A stretch of 64,000 bases of DNA from Bacteroidia bacterium (lineage in GTDB: Bacteria > Bacteroidota > Bacteroidia > NS11-12g > UBA955): NCBI GenBank assembly GCA_030158725.1, contig JAOASJ010000101.1, positions 26,101 through 90,100 on the forward strand, read 5' to 3'. Under the pieces are notes generated by a model that had not been told where the DNA came from, searched no databases, and worked only from the letters and a program-made list of their open reading frames with translations. Below are positions 42,930 through 53,362 of this stretch, one piece after another; positions within the stretch are counted from its first letter, which is position 1, and each line of letters opens with the position of its first letter. A program made the position numbers and the translations under genes.

Positions 42930-43982
42930 TTAGAATTCTTCTTCTTCGCTGGTTTCGCTTAATTTAATTACGCGCTTTTTGGTGTATTTATTTCTAATAA
43001 ATATATATACTCCACAAAGGGTAACTGTTAAAATAAACAGGATACTTAGTTGTGCAGATAATCTCCCTTGTAAAGGAAGGGCAATTACTATTATAGATAC
43101 CAAAGCTTGCAGAGAAGCATAAATAATTGAAATATTAACGTGTTTATATTTGCCAACGTGTACCAATTTTTTAAACAGGAAATCACGGTGAGGAACAAAT
43201 ATATTTTCTCTTAACAATAACTTGAAAATAACTGTAAGTCCTGCATCAATACCAAAAACAGAGAACAGTAGGAGGTAAGCAAAATTTCCTGTTTTGAAAA
43301 TTAAATTCATCATCAAATAAAGTATTATAAATGCCAGTGCGATACTTCCTGTATCGCCAGCAAAAACAATAGCTTTTCGCCTTAAATTTAATCCTAGAAA
43401 TATTGAAATGCCGATTATATAAGTGTATAAGAATTCGTTTTTAATAAATGTTACTTCATTGCCTTGTAAATCTACAGAGTTTGAATTTAACCAAAGGAAG
43501 CTGAGCATGATAACAAGTGTATTTAAACCGAGCATTCCATTGATTCCATCCATGAAATTGAATGCGTTTAACACACCAATACCTAAGATAACAATGGCAA
43601 TAATTAAAGGCCATTTTTCAATTAAAACATAACTAAAAGGCAATTCAATTGCCATTAATACCAAGGCAAAAATTTGGAAAATAAGTCGAATAAAATGTTT
43701 GATGAAAAATAAATCATCCATATAACTCACCAATCCGATTAAAAGCAACCCGATAATGAAATACCCCTTTAATGTATAAGGAAACGCAATACTGTATACT
43801 AATAGCCCAAATAAAACAAATATTCCAAATCCTGTAATTGTTCTATTAACGTGAGAACTTCTTCCAACAGGATGGTCATAAATTTTATAAAAATGCGCAA
43901 TCTTTATATACATCAAAGTGAATATAATAAAGCACACAGGTGCAATCAAATAATAATAAAATTCGAGTGCTGTTTTATTCAT
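42930..43982 (-). CDS. glycosyltransferase family 4 (MraY/WecA-like polyprenyl-phosphate HexNAc-1-phosphate transferase)
   Basis: 350 aa and about 10 TM segments. It carries the YMDDLF and NAFNFMDGINGM motifs. Its start overlaps the stop of the acyl-CoA ligase gene by 8 nt. Confidence 0.85.
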   Translation of the reverse strand: MNKTALEFYYYLIAPVCFIIFTLMYIKIAHFYKIYDHPVGRSSHVNRTITGFGIFVLFGLLVYSIAFPYTLKGYFIIGLLLIGLVSYMDDLFFIKHFIRLIFQIFALVLMAIELPFSYVLIEKWPLIIAIVILGIGVLNAFNFMDGINGMLGLNTLVIMLSFLWLNSNSVDLQGNEVTFIKNEFLYTYIIGISIFLGLNLRRKAIVFAGDTGSIALAFIILYLMMNLIFKTGNFAYLLLFSVFGIDAGLTVIFKLLLRENIFVPHRDFLFKKLVHVGKYKHVNISIIYASLQALVSIIVIALPLQGRLSAQLSILFILTVTLCGVYIFIRNKYTKKRVIKLSETSEEEEF

Positions 43983-45852
43983 ACATCTTTTCTATCCAAA
44001 TTTTATAACGTTCTTCAATCACTTTTCTTTTCTGCTTCAAAGTTACAGTCAATTCTCCAGTATCTACAGAGAAAGGTTTGCGCTTTACCACAAAATCTCT
44101 AATTCTTGCATAATTAGATAAAGATTGAGATAATTTCTTAATGTCTTCTTGAATCCAATTCTTGATTTTTTCGTCTTCAATCACATCATTTTCATCTTCG
44201 AAAAATTGTTTATTTAGTCCAAAAAAGTCTTTTAAATTGTCTTCTTTAGGAATTACAATGGCAGTCACGAATTCTTTCTTATCTCCAATAATAAAGATTT
44301 GTTCTATTTTATCACTTTGCAAATAAGTGTTTTCAATTGGAGTAGGATATATGTTTTTGCCTAAACTGGTTTTGAGCATGTTTTTATATCTATCCGTTAT
44401 TTTTAAATAACCCCTATCAAACTTACCAATATCACCAGTATGGAACCAACCTTCAGAGTCCATAACTAGGGCTGTTTCACTAGGATTGTTGTAGTACCCC
44501 AGCATGATATTTGGGCCTTTACATAGAATTTCTCCTTCAGCACTTTCAAAATCAGGTTTGAAACTATTATAGGTTTGAACAGTAATTAATTCTTTAGTTT
44601 CAATATCTTGTATCGCTACTTGTTGCCTAGGTGCAACTCTTCCACTTGTGCCATGTATTTGTCGATCAAATTCATTAACAGTGACAAATGGCGATGTTTC
44701 AGTTAAACCAAATCCTTGCTGGCATCTAATACCAATATTTCCAAAAAATTCACCAACGTGTTGAGGTAGTGCACCACCACCAGAAACGAGCAGTTTTAGC
44801 TTACCACCTAACTTGGCTTTTATTTTACTAAATACAAGCTTTTCAGCCAATTGATGTTGCAAAGTTAAAAGAGGTCCGATTGATTTCTTCTCTTCCTTTT
44901 TAATTCTATACTTTTCTCCAATACTAAGACTCCATAAAAATATTTTTGCAGCCATTCCGCCTTTAGAGAGTGCGTTACCTTTTATCCTTGCCTCAAGTCT
45001 TTCAAGCAGCCTAGGAACACAAGTCATAATACTTGGAGTAGCCTCAGTAAAGTTTTGAGATATTTTTTCAATACTTTCAGCAAATGCTATTTGTGCACCA
45101 ATAAAGCTTGGTAAGTAATAGCCTGCCATGCGCTCGTATACATGGCTTAAAGGTAAGAAGGAAAGAAATCTATCTTCTTTATTGATTGAAGGGCAGAGGT
45201 CTTTCGCATCATAACAATTGCTCATGAAATTATAATGACTTAACATAGTGCCCTTAGGTACACCTGTTGTGCCACTTGTGTAAATAAGAGCCGCCAAATC
45301 ATTGTGTTGAATGGTTGGAAGTATTTTGTTTATCTCAGCTTCTAATCCAGGCCATAAATCTTCTCCAATACTTTTTGCTTTTTCTATAGAAATAATCTTC
45401 TCGTTTTCGCTATTGGATTCAAATGTTGTAAATACTTTTTGAATCTTAGGACATTGACTTTCTACTTTTTGAAATTTCTTAAGTAAGAAAGGGTTACCAA
45501 TTAATACGGCTATACTTTCACTGTCATTTAAAATAAATGCAGTTTCATCAGGTGTAAGAGTTGGATAAATAGATACATTAACTGCACCTAATTTTTGAAG
45601 TGCTTGGTCAAAGTATATAAATTCAGGACAATTATCTAAAATTATGGAAAGCTTGTCGCCTTTTTTTACCCCAATATGGTGCAGGTAGGCGGCCCATTGA
45701 TTAATGTTTGAAATCGTCTCCTTATAACTAATATTTTTATAATCATTCCCAACTTTCTCCATTAAAAATACATGGTCTGGGTTGTGAATTTTATATGCTG
45801 AGTTTAATAGAAATTCATGAAGTGATCCAAAATCAGGGTCTTTTATTTCCAT
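43975..45852 (-). CDS. long-chain fatty acid-CoA ligase (AMP-binding enzyme family)
   Basis: 625 aa with the AMP-binding P-loop IYTSGTTGVPKG, then GFGLTETS and WFHTGDIG motifs. It starts 1 nt after the stop of the upstream GT2 gene. Confidence 0.9.
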   Translation of the reverse strand: MEIKDPDFGSLHEFLLNSAYKIHNPDHVFLMEKVGNDYKNISYKETISNINQWAAYLHHIGVKKGDKLSIILDNCPEFIYFDQALQKLGAVNVSIYPTLTPDETAFILNDSESIAVLIGNPFLLKKFQKVESQCPKIQKVFTTFESNSENEKIISIEKAKSIGEDLWPGLEAEINKILPTIQHNDLAALIYTSGTTGVPKGTMLSHYNFMSNCYDAKDLCPSINKEDRFLSFLPLSHVYERMAGYYLPSFIGAQIAFAESIEKISQNFTEATPSIMTCVPRLLERLEARIKGNALSKGGMAAKIFLWSLSIGEKYRIKKEEKKSIGPLLTLQHQLAEKLVFSKIKAKLGGKLKLLVSGGGALPQHVGEFFGNIGIRCQQGFGLTETSPFVTVNEFDRQIHGTSGRVAPRQQVAIQDIETKELITVQTYNSFKPDFESAEGEILCKGPNIMLGYYNNPSETALVMDSEGWFHTGDIGKFDRGYLKITDRYKNMLKTSLGKNIYPTPIENTYLQSDKIEQIFIIGDKKEFVTAIVIPKEDNLKDFFGLNKQFFEDENDVIEDEKIKNWIQEDIKKLSQSLSNYARIRDFVVKRKPFSVDTGELTVTLKQKRKVIEERYKIWIEKMYE

Positions 45853-45853
45853 A

Positions 45854-47830
45854 TTATAGACTATTTAATGTTGCGAAGTTATTCGAAAAAAAGACTTTTG
45901 CAAGACAATTTAAGTCATTCTGCCAATGATAATTTAAAGCATAATTGAAATTGATACCTGAAATTAGCTGAGCGTCTAGTTTTCTATTACTTAACTCTTG
46001 ACCTATGCTGAAAACTCCATTGGAAATTTTTGGTAATTTATCTAGGTCTTGCACGCCCTGATATGAAACCCATGTCATTTTTCCCATTAAACATTTGTAC
46101 CAATGTCTAAAAATTAATATCATGAACTTAGGTTTTAGAATTAAAATAGGCATAAGAACAATAAAGACTCCACACATGATTAAATCAAAGTATCTTTTTT
46201 TCTTTTGTACCTCTTTACTGCTCAGTGCCGGAGCTATATTTACACTATAAAATTCACCTGTTGTATTCTTTGAATTACTTCCAATAATGTGTGCCCCCAT
46301 CTCAGGCATAATTTTGTATTTAATCCCTTTTATACTTGTTTGTCCCATTATATCCATTATTTCTGCACTAGAGATGTCTTTTGCACAAAAAATGATTTCA
46401 TTGGCCTTATAGATTTCGATAAGTAAGGATAAATTTTTAATGCTTCCAATCCAATCTCCTTTTGCATTTTCATTTTGGGGTTTTATAAACCCTAATAGTT
46501 TAAATCTGTTGGGATAATTTAGTAAGATATTTTTTACCCTTTCACATTCTTCTTTATTGCCCACAATAAATACTTGTGACATCTGACTTGCAGATGTGTC
46601 AAAATGTTTAAATTTTATAAAGTGATAAGCCACTCTAATAAAAACACAAGCAAGCAAACTCCAAGTTGATCCCAATAAAATTAAAGCTCTTGAAAATCTT
46701 AAACTTTCTGGTAACAAGGCATAAATCGCAAGCAATATAAAACTACCTAGAAAGACACCCTTAATGGTTTTGCCTAATTTAAATGGCTCCTTGTATCCTC
46801 CAAGAATATAAACCCCACTTAACCACATTAAGATATAAATAGGCACATGTACTTTTATATAGATAGGAGGATAAAAGCCACCAACTACAAATTTATTATA
46901 GATTTCCCAGTACCTCATTAGGCCGTAATACCCTATAAAAATTAGCAGAAAGTCGAAAGTGAAAATCTTAAGCGCATTGATTGTACGAATCATTAACGCC
47001 ATTGTAGCTCTTGCAAATATTGCCAATTTAATGCATACACTAAACCACCAACCTTGTTGTTTAGTGAAATGCTTATCTGCAAATTTGGCCATTGCTAAGT
47101 AAAATATCTTTACATAATTTACACTGTGTTTCTTGGTACTTTCTCCTTTGTAATGTATGATTGTTGTATCTGCGAAATAGTAATTACTATACCCTGCTTT
47201 TACAATTCTGTAACTTAAATCAATGTCTTCCCCATACATGAAAAAAGACTCATCTAATAATCCCACTTCGTCAAGTACGGATTTTTTAATCATCATAAAA
47301 GCCCCACTAAGAATATCTGCTTTATGGGTTTCATGTTCATTTAAGTAACTTAGATGATAGGCTCCAAATCGTTTAGATTTTGGAAATAATTTTGCCAAGC
47401 CAGACATTTTGTAAAATGCAACTGCCGGCGTTGGTAGTCCTCTTTTGGATTCAGGAAGAAAATCACCTCGACCATCAATCATTCTTACGCCTAATGCCCC
47501 AGCTTCGGGCGTATTGTCTAGGAATTGAACTGTTTTTGTTAAAGTGTCTTCAGCAACTACTGTATCAGGGTTTAACAACAAAACATTTCTCCCTTTAGAA
47601 ATCAAAATTCCTTGGTTATTTGCTTTACTAAAACCTAAATTTTCTGTATTTGCAATAAGAACAACATCTTTGAATTTTTCGCTGACCATCGCGCAAGATT
47701 CATCTGCAGAATTATTGTCAACCACAATAACTTCAATTTGAAGGTCATGAATCGCTTTATAAACGGATAACAATGTTTGCTCAAGTAAAGCTTTGACATT
47801 GTAATTAACTATAATAATTGATAAATCCAT
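45854..47830 (-). CDS. family 2 glycosyltransferase fused to a membrane and WbaP-like (degenerate sugar-transferase) C-terminal region
   Basis: 658 aa. The N-terminal ~230 aa form a GT2 domain (LSIIIVNYN, VVDNNSAD, GAFMMIKK, EDIDLSYR). These are followed by several TM segments, a Rossmann/CoA-binding-like stretch (VFIVGNKEECERVKNIL), and then KKRYFDLIMCGVFIVLMPILIL...GKMTWVSY, which resembles the ends of a Bac_transf domain with the middle missing. Confidence 0.8.
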   Translation of the reverse strand: MDLSIIIVNYNVKALLEQTLLSVYKAIHDLQIEVIVVDNNSADESCAMVSEKFKDVVLIANTENLGFSKANNQGILISKGRNVLLLNPDTVVAEDTLTKTVQFLDNTPEAGALGVRMIDGRGDFLPESKRGLPTPAVAFYKMSGLAKLFPKSKRFGAYHLSYLNEHETHKADILSGAFMMIKKSVLDEVGLLDESFFMYGEDIDLSYRIVKAGYSNYYFADTTIIHYKGESTKKHSVNYVKIFYLAMAKFADKHFTKQQGWWFSVCIKLAIFARATMALMIRTINALKIFTFDFLLIFIGYYGLMRYWEIYNKFVVGGFYPPIYIKVHVPIYILMWLSGVYILGGYKEPFKLGKTIKGVFLGSFILLAIYALLPESLRFSRALILLGSTWSLLACVFIRVAYHFIKFKHFDTSASQMSQVFIVGNKEECERVKNILLNYPNRFKLLGFIKPQNENAKGDWIGSIKNLSLLIEIYKANEIIFCAKDISSAEIMDIMGQTSIKGIKYKIMPEMGAHIIGSNSKNTTGEFYSVNIAPALSSKEVQKKKRYFDLIMCGVFIVLMPILILKPKFMILIFRHWYKCLMGKMTWVSYQGVQDLDKLPKISNGVFSIGQELSNRKLDAQLISGINFNYALNYHWQNDLNCLAKVFFSNNFATLNSL

Positions 47831-47951
47831 TTATGACACTTTGCACAATTAAAAGGCGAAGCTAATAATTTTTTTAATATTCAAGCCTATTGAAACACAG
47901 AAGAATGGATAATTAATGCTGAATAAGTAAAATTTATTCTATTTACAGTAC

Positions 47952-48989
47952 TTACTCAGATTTTTTGGCCAGTTTAAATGCTAGATTGCTGCTTGACCAA
48001 TATTCTATTTTACCCTCTTTTTCGAAAATAAGAAAGGCTTTAAGGGAAGGATTGTTTTGAATAAAACTGATAGATTTGTTTAGACCCAAAGCCATACAAG
48101 TGCTTGCATAGGCGTTTGCCTCTATTGCACTTGGCGCTAAAACGGTAGCACTTAACAATTCGTTTTTTGCCGGAAAACCAGTCAGTGGGTCAATAAATTG
48201 ACTGTATCTTTTACCTTGACTAAAATGAAAATTTTTCAAACTACTAGCACTTGCTAGGCTGTAATTCTTTAATGGTAGAGTGCAAAATTCAATTTGTTTA
48301 AGGCTATTTATCATTGGTTTTTCCACTATGATTGGCCAATAAGAATCATGTCCATTATTGCCCTTAACCCTTATTTTACCTCCAATATTGATATAATAGT
48401 TCTTTAAATGATATGTTGAATCAAACATATTAGCTATGGCATCTACAACTTGACCTATTGACAACAAATTATAATTTACTTGTTGGTTTACATTAAGCTT
48501 ATTGACTTTAAGATTCAAAAAATCTACTTTGTATCCAAAGTCTAAACCTTTTAAATTGTTTATGTAGTCACCATTAAAACTCATAGGGAAAACCTGCTTC
48601 TCTCCAACGCCCCAATAGTTATACAATTCTCCTAATCCGGAATTAAATGCCCCTGCACTCTCTAAATGCAATCTTCTTGAAATGGAATCTAAATCGGAGA
48701 AGTATGGTTTAAATTTTAGAAACTTTTGATATTCTGTAGTACTTAATTCAATATTGTGGTTAAACTTATATAAAATAGAATTGGAATCAATTAGACTAAG
48801 AACAGCAATGTAGTTGTTTAGAATGCTGTCTATTTCCATTTTATAATCTTTATTGCTTTTGTATGCTATTTCATACTTAGAATCCATTGTTTTTCCTTTT
48901 AAAACAATAAATCCCTCAATAGATTTAGGTTTATTCTTGCAAGAACTTAAAACGAAAATGAGGCTAAAAAATAGTGCAATATTTCGCAT
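47952..48989 (-). CDS. apbE: FAD:protein FMN transferase (ApbE family lipoprotein)
   Basis: 345 aa with a lipobox LSSC. YINIGGKIRVKG and FIDPLTGFP...ATVLAPSAIEANAYASTCMALG are typical ApbE blocks. Its ATG overlaps the upstream gene's stop (TAATG). Confidence 0.8.
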   Translation of the reverse strand: MRNIALFFSLIFVLSSCKNKPKSIEGFIVLKGKTMDSKYEIAYKSNKDYKMEIDSILNNYIAVLSLIDSNSILYKFNHNIELSTTEYQKFLKFKPYFSDLDSISRRLHLESAGAFNSGLGELYNYWGVGEKQVFPMSFNGDYINNLKGLDFGYKVDFLNLKVNKLNVNQQVNYNLLSIGQVVDAIANMFDSTYHLKNYYINIGGKIRVKGNNGHDSYWPIIVEKPMINSLKQIEFCTLPLKNYSLASASSLKNFHFSQGKRYSQFIDPLTGFPAKNELLSATVLAPSAIEANAYASTCMALGLNKSISFIQNNPSLKAFLIFEKEGKIEYWSSSNLAFKLAKKSE

Positions 48990-50011
48990 TACTTAATAAG
49001 AAAATCAGTGCTTTGTTTCATCACCTTGCCGAAAATGTAATCTTGTATTTGAACTACTTCTTTTCCATTTTCATTAATAAACGCATAGAAAGTCTCTATA
49101 TCAAATTGCAATGGGTTACCTTGTTCATCAAATTGAATATTAGAGTCTCGTTTTATCCCTTTCTTATATATTCTTAAACTAACAAGCTTGTCTTTTTTAT
49201 CCAAAACTTTAATCACCAATAAAGGATTTGTATTGTAAATTGAGTCAATTTGTTTAGCATTTAAATCAATTGGAAAACCTTCAAATGATAAGTTCTCCCA
49301 GAGTTTTAAATATGTTTTTAAGTGGTTTAGATTAACTTCAATGTTGTTTTTTAACAGTAGATTTTCTGAATATAATAAAGGTTCTTTCCCAGAATTATCA
49401 ATGCTAAAAGATGATTTGCTGTTTTCAGACCATTTTAAATCAATCTTTTTTATTTCAGAATCTTTAAGTGCAAAAATATTCTTACTTCTCCAACCATCTT
49501 TTTTGGTAAAAAATCTTGCATTTAGAAAACCATTGAATCCAGGAATATGACAAACATATGGCTCTTCGCCTTTTTCCATCATAAAATATGTGCCCATTTC
49601 ATCACTGGTATTTCCCCCAACATAAAACACTTTTGAGAGATTTCCATTTTCGTAAATTTCAACCTTAGTTCCATTTAGCGCAAGGTCTTTCTTTACTGGG
49701 TTAATTTCATGTTTAGATACAGGTCTTTTAACACGTATTTTTTTCAAGCCATCAAATAAAATCTCTATTTGATAATTGCTAGCAACGAAACTGTCGTTAA
49801 CTGTCCAATTGTCTTTATCTTTTTTAGTTAATAGAACATATTCTTTAGTGAATTTGTTGCTTAAAAAAACTTTGTCAATTTTATCTGTTGACTTAAATTC
49901 AAATTCACGTTCATCATTTGAAAGAGTGTTTCCATTATTTCTTCTTAAGAAAAAAAACAATAGTAAAACCGTAATGATGGCGCCAAATAAAATGATGGTT
50001 TTCTTGTTCAT
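48989..50011 (-). CDS. DUF4340-like membrane-anchored protein
   Basis: 340 aa with an N-terminal TM anchor followed by a beta-rich soluble region. The DUF4340 assignment is by resemblance only. Confidence 0.5.
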   Translation of the reverse strand: MNKKTIILFGAIITVLLLFFFLRRNNGNTLSNDEREFEFKSTDKIDKVFLSNKFTKEYVLLTKKDKDNWTVNDSFVASNYQIEILFDGLKKIRVKRPVSKHEINPVKKDLALNGTKVEIYENGNLSKVFYVGGNTSDEMGTYFMMEKGEEPYVCHIPGFNGFLNARFFTKKDGWRSKNIFALKDSEIKKIDLKWSENSKSSFSIDNSGKEPLLYSENLLLKNNIEVNLNHLKTYLKLWENLSFEGFPIDLNAKQIDSIYNTNPLLVIKVLDKKDKLVSLRIYKKGIKRDSNIQFDEQGNPLQFDIETFYAFINENGKEVVQIQDYIFGKVMKQSTDFLIK

Positions 50012-50060
50012 AAATCTAACTAATTAAAGTTTGACAATATTAACGTTCAAATTGCTGCTG

Positions 50061-51551
50061 TTAACGGCTATAATTTGGAGCTTCCTTAGTTATTTTTATA
50101 TCGTGTGGATGGCTTTCTTTAATCCCAGCATTGCTAATTTTTACAAATTGTGCAGTCTGAAGATCTTCAATTGTTGCTGCTCCACAGTAACCCATACCAG
50201 CTCTAAGACCTCCAACATATTGGTATAAAACTTCACCCACTTTACCTTTGAATGGCACAGTTCCAACTATACCTTCTGGTACCAATTTAGAAATTTCTTC
50301 TTCAGCATCTTGAAAGTATCTGTCTTTACTTCCTTCTTTCATGGCTTCAATACTTCCCATACCGCGGTATGACTTAACCATTCTGCCTTCGTATATGCTT
50401 GTTTCTCCTGGGCTTTCTTCAGTGCCGGCAAACAAACTACCAGCCATAATTGTGCTAGCACCTGCAACAATAGCTTTAACTAGGTCGCCACTGTAGCGAA
50501 TACCACCATCAGCAATAATAGGAACGCCTGAACCTTGTATTGCTGCAGCACTATCCATAACAGCAGATAATTGAGGAACCCCAATACCAGCTATTATTCT
50601 AGTAGTACAAATACTTCCTGGTCCAACACCAACTTTAATGGCATCTGCTCCAGCTTCAACTAGGGCTTTGGCGGCGTCACCGGTTGCAACATTACCTACA
50701 ATTACATCTAATTTTGGAAATGCTTTTTTAATTTTCTTAAGTTCGGTTACAACACCTTTAGAGTGACCATGAGCTGTGTCTAATGTAATAACATCAACTT
50801 CTGCATCAACTAAAGCTTTTACCCTTTCAAGAGTATCAGCTGTTATTCCTACAGCAGCGCCAACCAATAATCTACCGTAATTGTCTTTACAAGCTTTTGG
50901 GTGACTTTTTACTTTTTGAATATCTTTATAAGTAATAAGGCCCATTAATTTGCCTTTCTTATCTACAATCGGTAGCTTTTCAATTTTATGTTTTTGTAAA
51001 ATAGCTTCAGCTTTTACCAAATCAGTTCCAATTTCACTTGTAACCAAGTTTTTCTTGGTCATTACATCTTTGATTTTCTTGCTGGTATTCTTTTCAAACC
51101 TTAAGTCTCTATTGGTGATGATTCCAATTAATAGATGTTTGGCATCGATAATTGGAATTCCTCCAATATGATTGTCCTTCATCAATTTTAAAGCATCTTT
51201 AAGGGTTCCTTCACCTGTTAAGGTTATAGGATTTTGGATCATGCCACTTTCACTTCTTTTAACTTTGACAACCTCTTTAGCTTGTTGTGCAATCGTCATG
51301 TTTTTATGGATGATACCAATTCCACCTTCTCTTGCCATAGCAATTGCCATAGTGCTACCAGTTACAGTATCCATAGCAGCTGAGATGATTGGAATATTGA
51401 TGTAGATATTACGTGTTAACTTGGTTCTAGTTACAACATCTCTTGGCAAGATTTCGCTGTAACGCGGTAAAACAAGAACATCGTCAAAAGTCAGGCTGTC
51501 GCCTTTAATTTTGTTCGAGAAGTCAATTGGGGATTTTTTTGGACTAGCCAT
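50061..51551 (-). CDS. guaB: IMP dehydrogenase
   Basis: [10 protein letters not shown] near the N-terminus, a CBS pair, the catalytic loop [11 protein letters not shown], and GGIRYSGD. I prefer the ATG at 51551 because the track start at 51593 (TTG) lies upstream of the -7 box at 51581..51588. Confidence 0.95.
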   Translation of the reverse strand: MASPKKSPIDFSNKIKGDSLTFDDVLVLPRYSEILPRDVVTRTKLTRNIYINIPIISAAMDTVTGSTMAIAMAREGGIGIIHKNMTIAQQAKEVVKVKRSESGMIQNPITLTGEGTLKDALKLMKDNHIGGIPIIDAKHLLIGIITNRDLRFEKNTSKKIKDVMTKKNLVTSEIGTDLVKAEAILQKHKIEKLPIVDKKGKLMGLITYKDIQKVKSHPKACKDNYGRLLVGAAVGITADTLERVKALVDAEVDVITLDTAHGHSKGVVTELKKIKKAFPKLDVIVGNVATGDAAKALVEAGADAIKVGVGPGSICTTRIIAGIGVPQLSAVMDSAAAIQGSGVPIIADGGIRYSGDLVKAIVAGASTIMAGSLFAGTEESPGETSIYEGRMVKSYRGMGSIEAMKEGSKDRYFQDAEEEISKLVPEGIVGTVPFKGKVGEVLYQYVGGLRAGMGYCGAATIEDLQTAQFVKISNAGIKESHPHDIKITKEAPNYSR

Positions 51552-51580
51552 GCAAATAATTGTTATTGTTATTTGCGGTG

Positions 51581-51588
51581 CAAAAGTA
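51581..51588 (-). promoter_or_regulatory. -7 box TACTTTTG, 29 nt upstream of the guaB ATG at 51551
   Basis: Exact TAnnTTTG match. Confidence 0.55.
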
Positions 51589-51687
51589 CACAAATAAATC
51601 TAAAATCGCAAGTTTTAAAAATTCTTCAAATTAGTAAAAAAATAAATTTACATCTAAATGATTTCTAGATTAATAAACCTATTAAAT

Positions 51688-53355
51688 CTATTTTTCGAGT
51701 TTTACAGAAATTAAACTAAACAATACTTTGTTTTTTCTTGAACTTATATGAATCATTTCATTTTCACTAACATTCATGAAGTCTGCATAGGAATTTCTTC
51801 TAGCTATGGTATTATATTCTTTAAATAATTGCAGGCTAGAAGCTTTATTGTTTAAGAACATTTGACCTCCACTTGATTTTGTCAAAATATAAAGTTTATC
51901 ACCAGTGTAAAGTGAAGTGTAATCTTTATAGACATAAGCAGTTGTTTCAACATGATGGAAAATGTATCCAAAGTTCTCAATTTCTCCTTCAGGACTAACT
52001 TTAAATGAAATGATATCACCATAAACATAATAAGTTACAGTATGTGTTGTTGTTCTTCCTTTCGAATCTGTTGTAGTGTAGGTTACAGTATAGGTATAAT
52101 ATTTTTGGCCAACTACTACCAACTCGTTGCTATCGTTATAATGACAAGAACCGAGTCTAACAAACATATGTAGATAGTCAGGGACTTCTGTCTTCTTAAC
52201 TTTCTTTGATTCTTTTTTGTCTTTGTTTGCACGCTTTTCTTTTTTAGCGTTAGACTTACTAGACTTGACAGTTGGCGGTTTTAAACTGTTTATTTCTTTT
52301 ACTAAATCGATGCCAAATAGACTTTTGTTTTCTGCCAATACCTCAGCAGTTTTAATATTTACCTGTTGGGTGAACAATCCTTTTGAGCCATATTTTCCAC
52401 TGCCCAATAAACCCACTACGGCAACATTTCCTGTGTTAGGGTTTAGTTTCATCATAGCTGAATAAAAATATTCTCCATTGGCAAAAGTTAAATCTGTAGC
52501 TTCACCATTAGGCCTAATGATTTTCATTACAAGCTTGCTGTTATTGCCATCTTCGTCGCCGTCGATGTCCCCGAATACATAACGGCTCTTTTTGGTGGTA
52601 GTGGCTTGTTCAAATCCTAAAATGCACATGTTTCCCTCATTGTCAAATGTTTGATCAATAATTTCTGTAGTGCCTTTTCCCATTTTAACATTCTTTCCAA
52701 CATTAATTAATTTAAAATCTGAATCAATTAACCAATAAGAAAATGTATGGTTTTTTTGTTCAGCAGCAGCTTTTTTCTCTCTTCTACTTCTGCTAATATT
52801 AGTCCTGTCGGCAGTAATGAGCATCTTTGAAAAGTCGTCAGTAATTGATACCTTAAAAATACAGCCTATTTTGCTTTCTTTTTTGGTAATCATTGTTTCA
52901 CCTATTTTATATGGTTTGCCAACAGGTGCAAAATTTTTCAATTCATACATTTGAGCAAAAAGATATTGCTTTCGAGCTTTTCTATTATTAAAATAAAACA
53001 ACGCACAAAGTTTATCGCCATAACGGCCTATTTTTAAAGTTTGTACATCTTTCCCTTCAAATTCTGCAGGGATTGTAGCCACAGACTTTACATTCATTTT
53101 AGCATCTAATTTGAATATTTTGAAGTCGTATTTTAATCTACTATAAAATCCAAAGAAATTTGTATAGGCTCTGTCTCCTTTTTGTGCAACTACATAGTAG
53201 TTATCGCCAATTTTTATTGCATTCTGATAGAAATAGGGTCTGTCTTTTTTTTCAGGTCTAAATTCAGTTCCTGTAAGTTCTTTTATTGCATTGTTTTTTT
53301 GAGAAAAAACATTTGAAATGCATAATGCACAAAGTAGTAATAATATATTTTTCAT
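51688..53355 (-). CDS. hypothetical secreted protein with internal Lys-rich linker
   Basis: 555 aa with a signal peptide, a beta-rich sequence, and the internal stretch KPPTVKSSKSNAKKEKRANKDKKESKKVKK. It starts 7 nt after the upstream OMP gene. I recognise no family. Confidence 0.55.
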   Translation of the reverse strand: MKNILLLLCALCISNVFSQKNNAIKELTGTEFRPEKKDRPYFYQNAIKIGDNYYVVAQKGDRAYTNFFGFYSRLKYDFKIFKLDAKMNVKSVATIPAEFEGKDVQTLKIGRYGDKLCALFYFNNRKARKQYLFAQMYELKNFAPVGKPYKIGETMITKKESKIGCIFKVSITDDFSKMLITADRTNISRSRREKKAAAEQKNHTFSYWLIDSDFKLINVGKNVKMGKGTTEIIDQTFDNEGNMCILGFEQATTTKKSRYVFGDIDGDEDGNNSKLVMKIIRPNGEATDLTFANGEYFYSAMMKLNPNTGNVAVVGLLGSGKYGSKGLFTQQVNIKTAEVLAENKSLFGIDLVKEINSLKPPTVKSSKSNAKKEKRANKDKKESKKVKKTEVPDYLHMFVRLGSCHYNDSNELVVVGQKYYTYTVTYTTTDSKGRTTTHTVTYYVYGDIISFKVSPEGEIENFGYIFHHVETTAYVYKDYTSLYTGDKLYILTKSSGGQMFLNNKASSLQLFKEYNTIARRNSYADFMNVSENEMIHISSRKNKVLFSLISVKLEK

Positions 53356-53362
53356 CTGTTTT

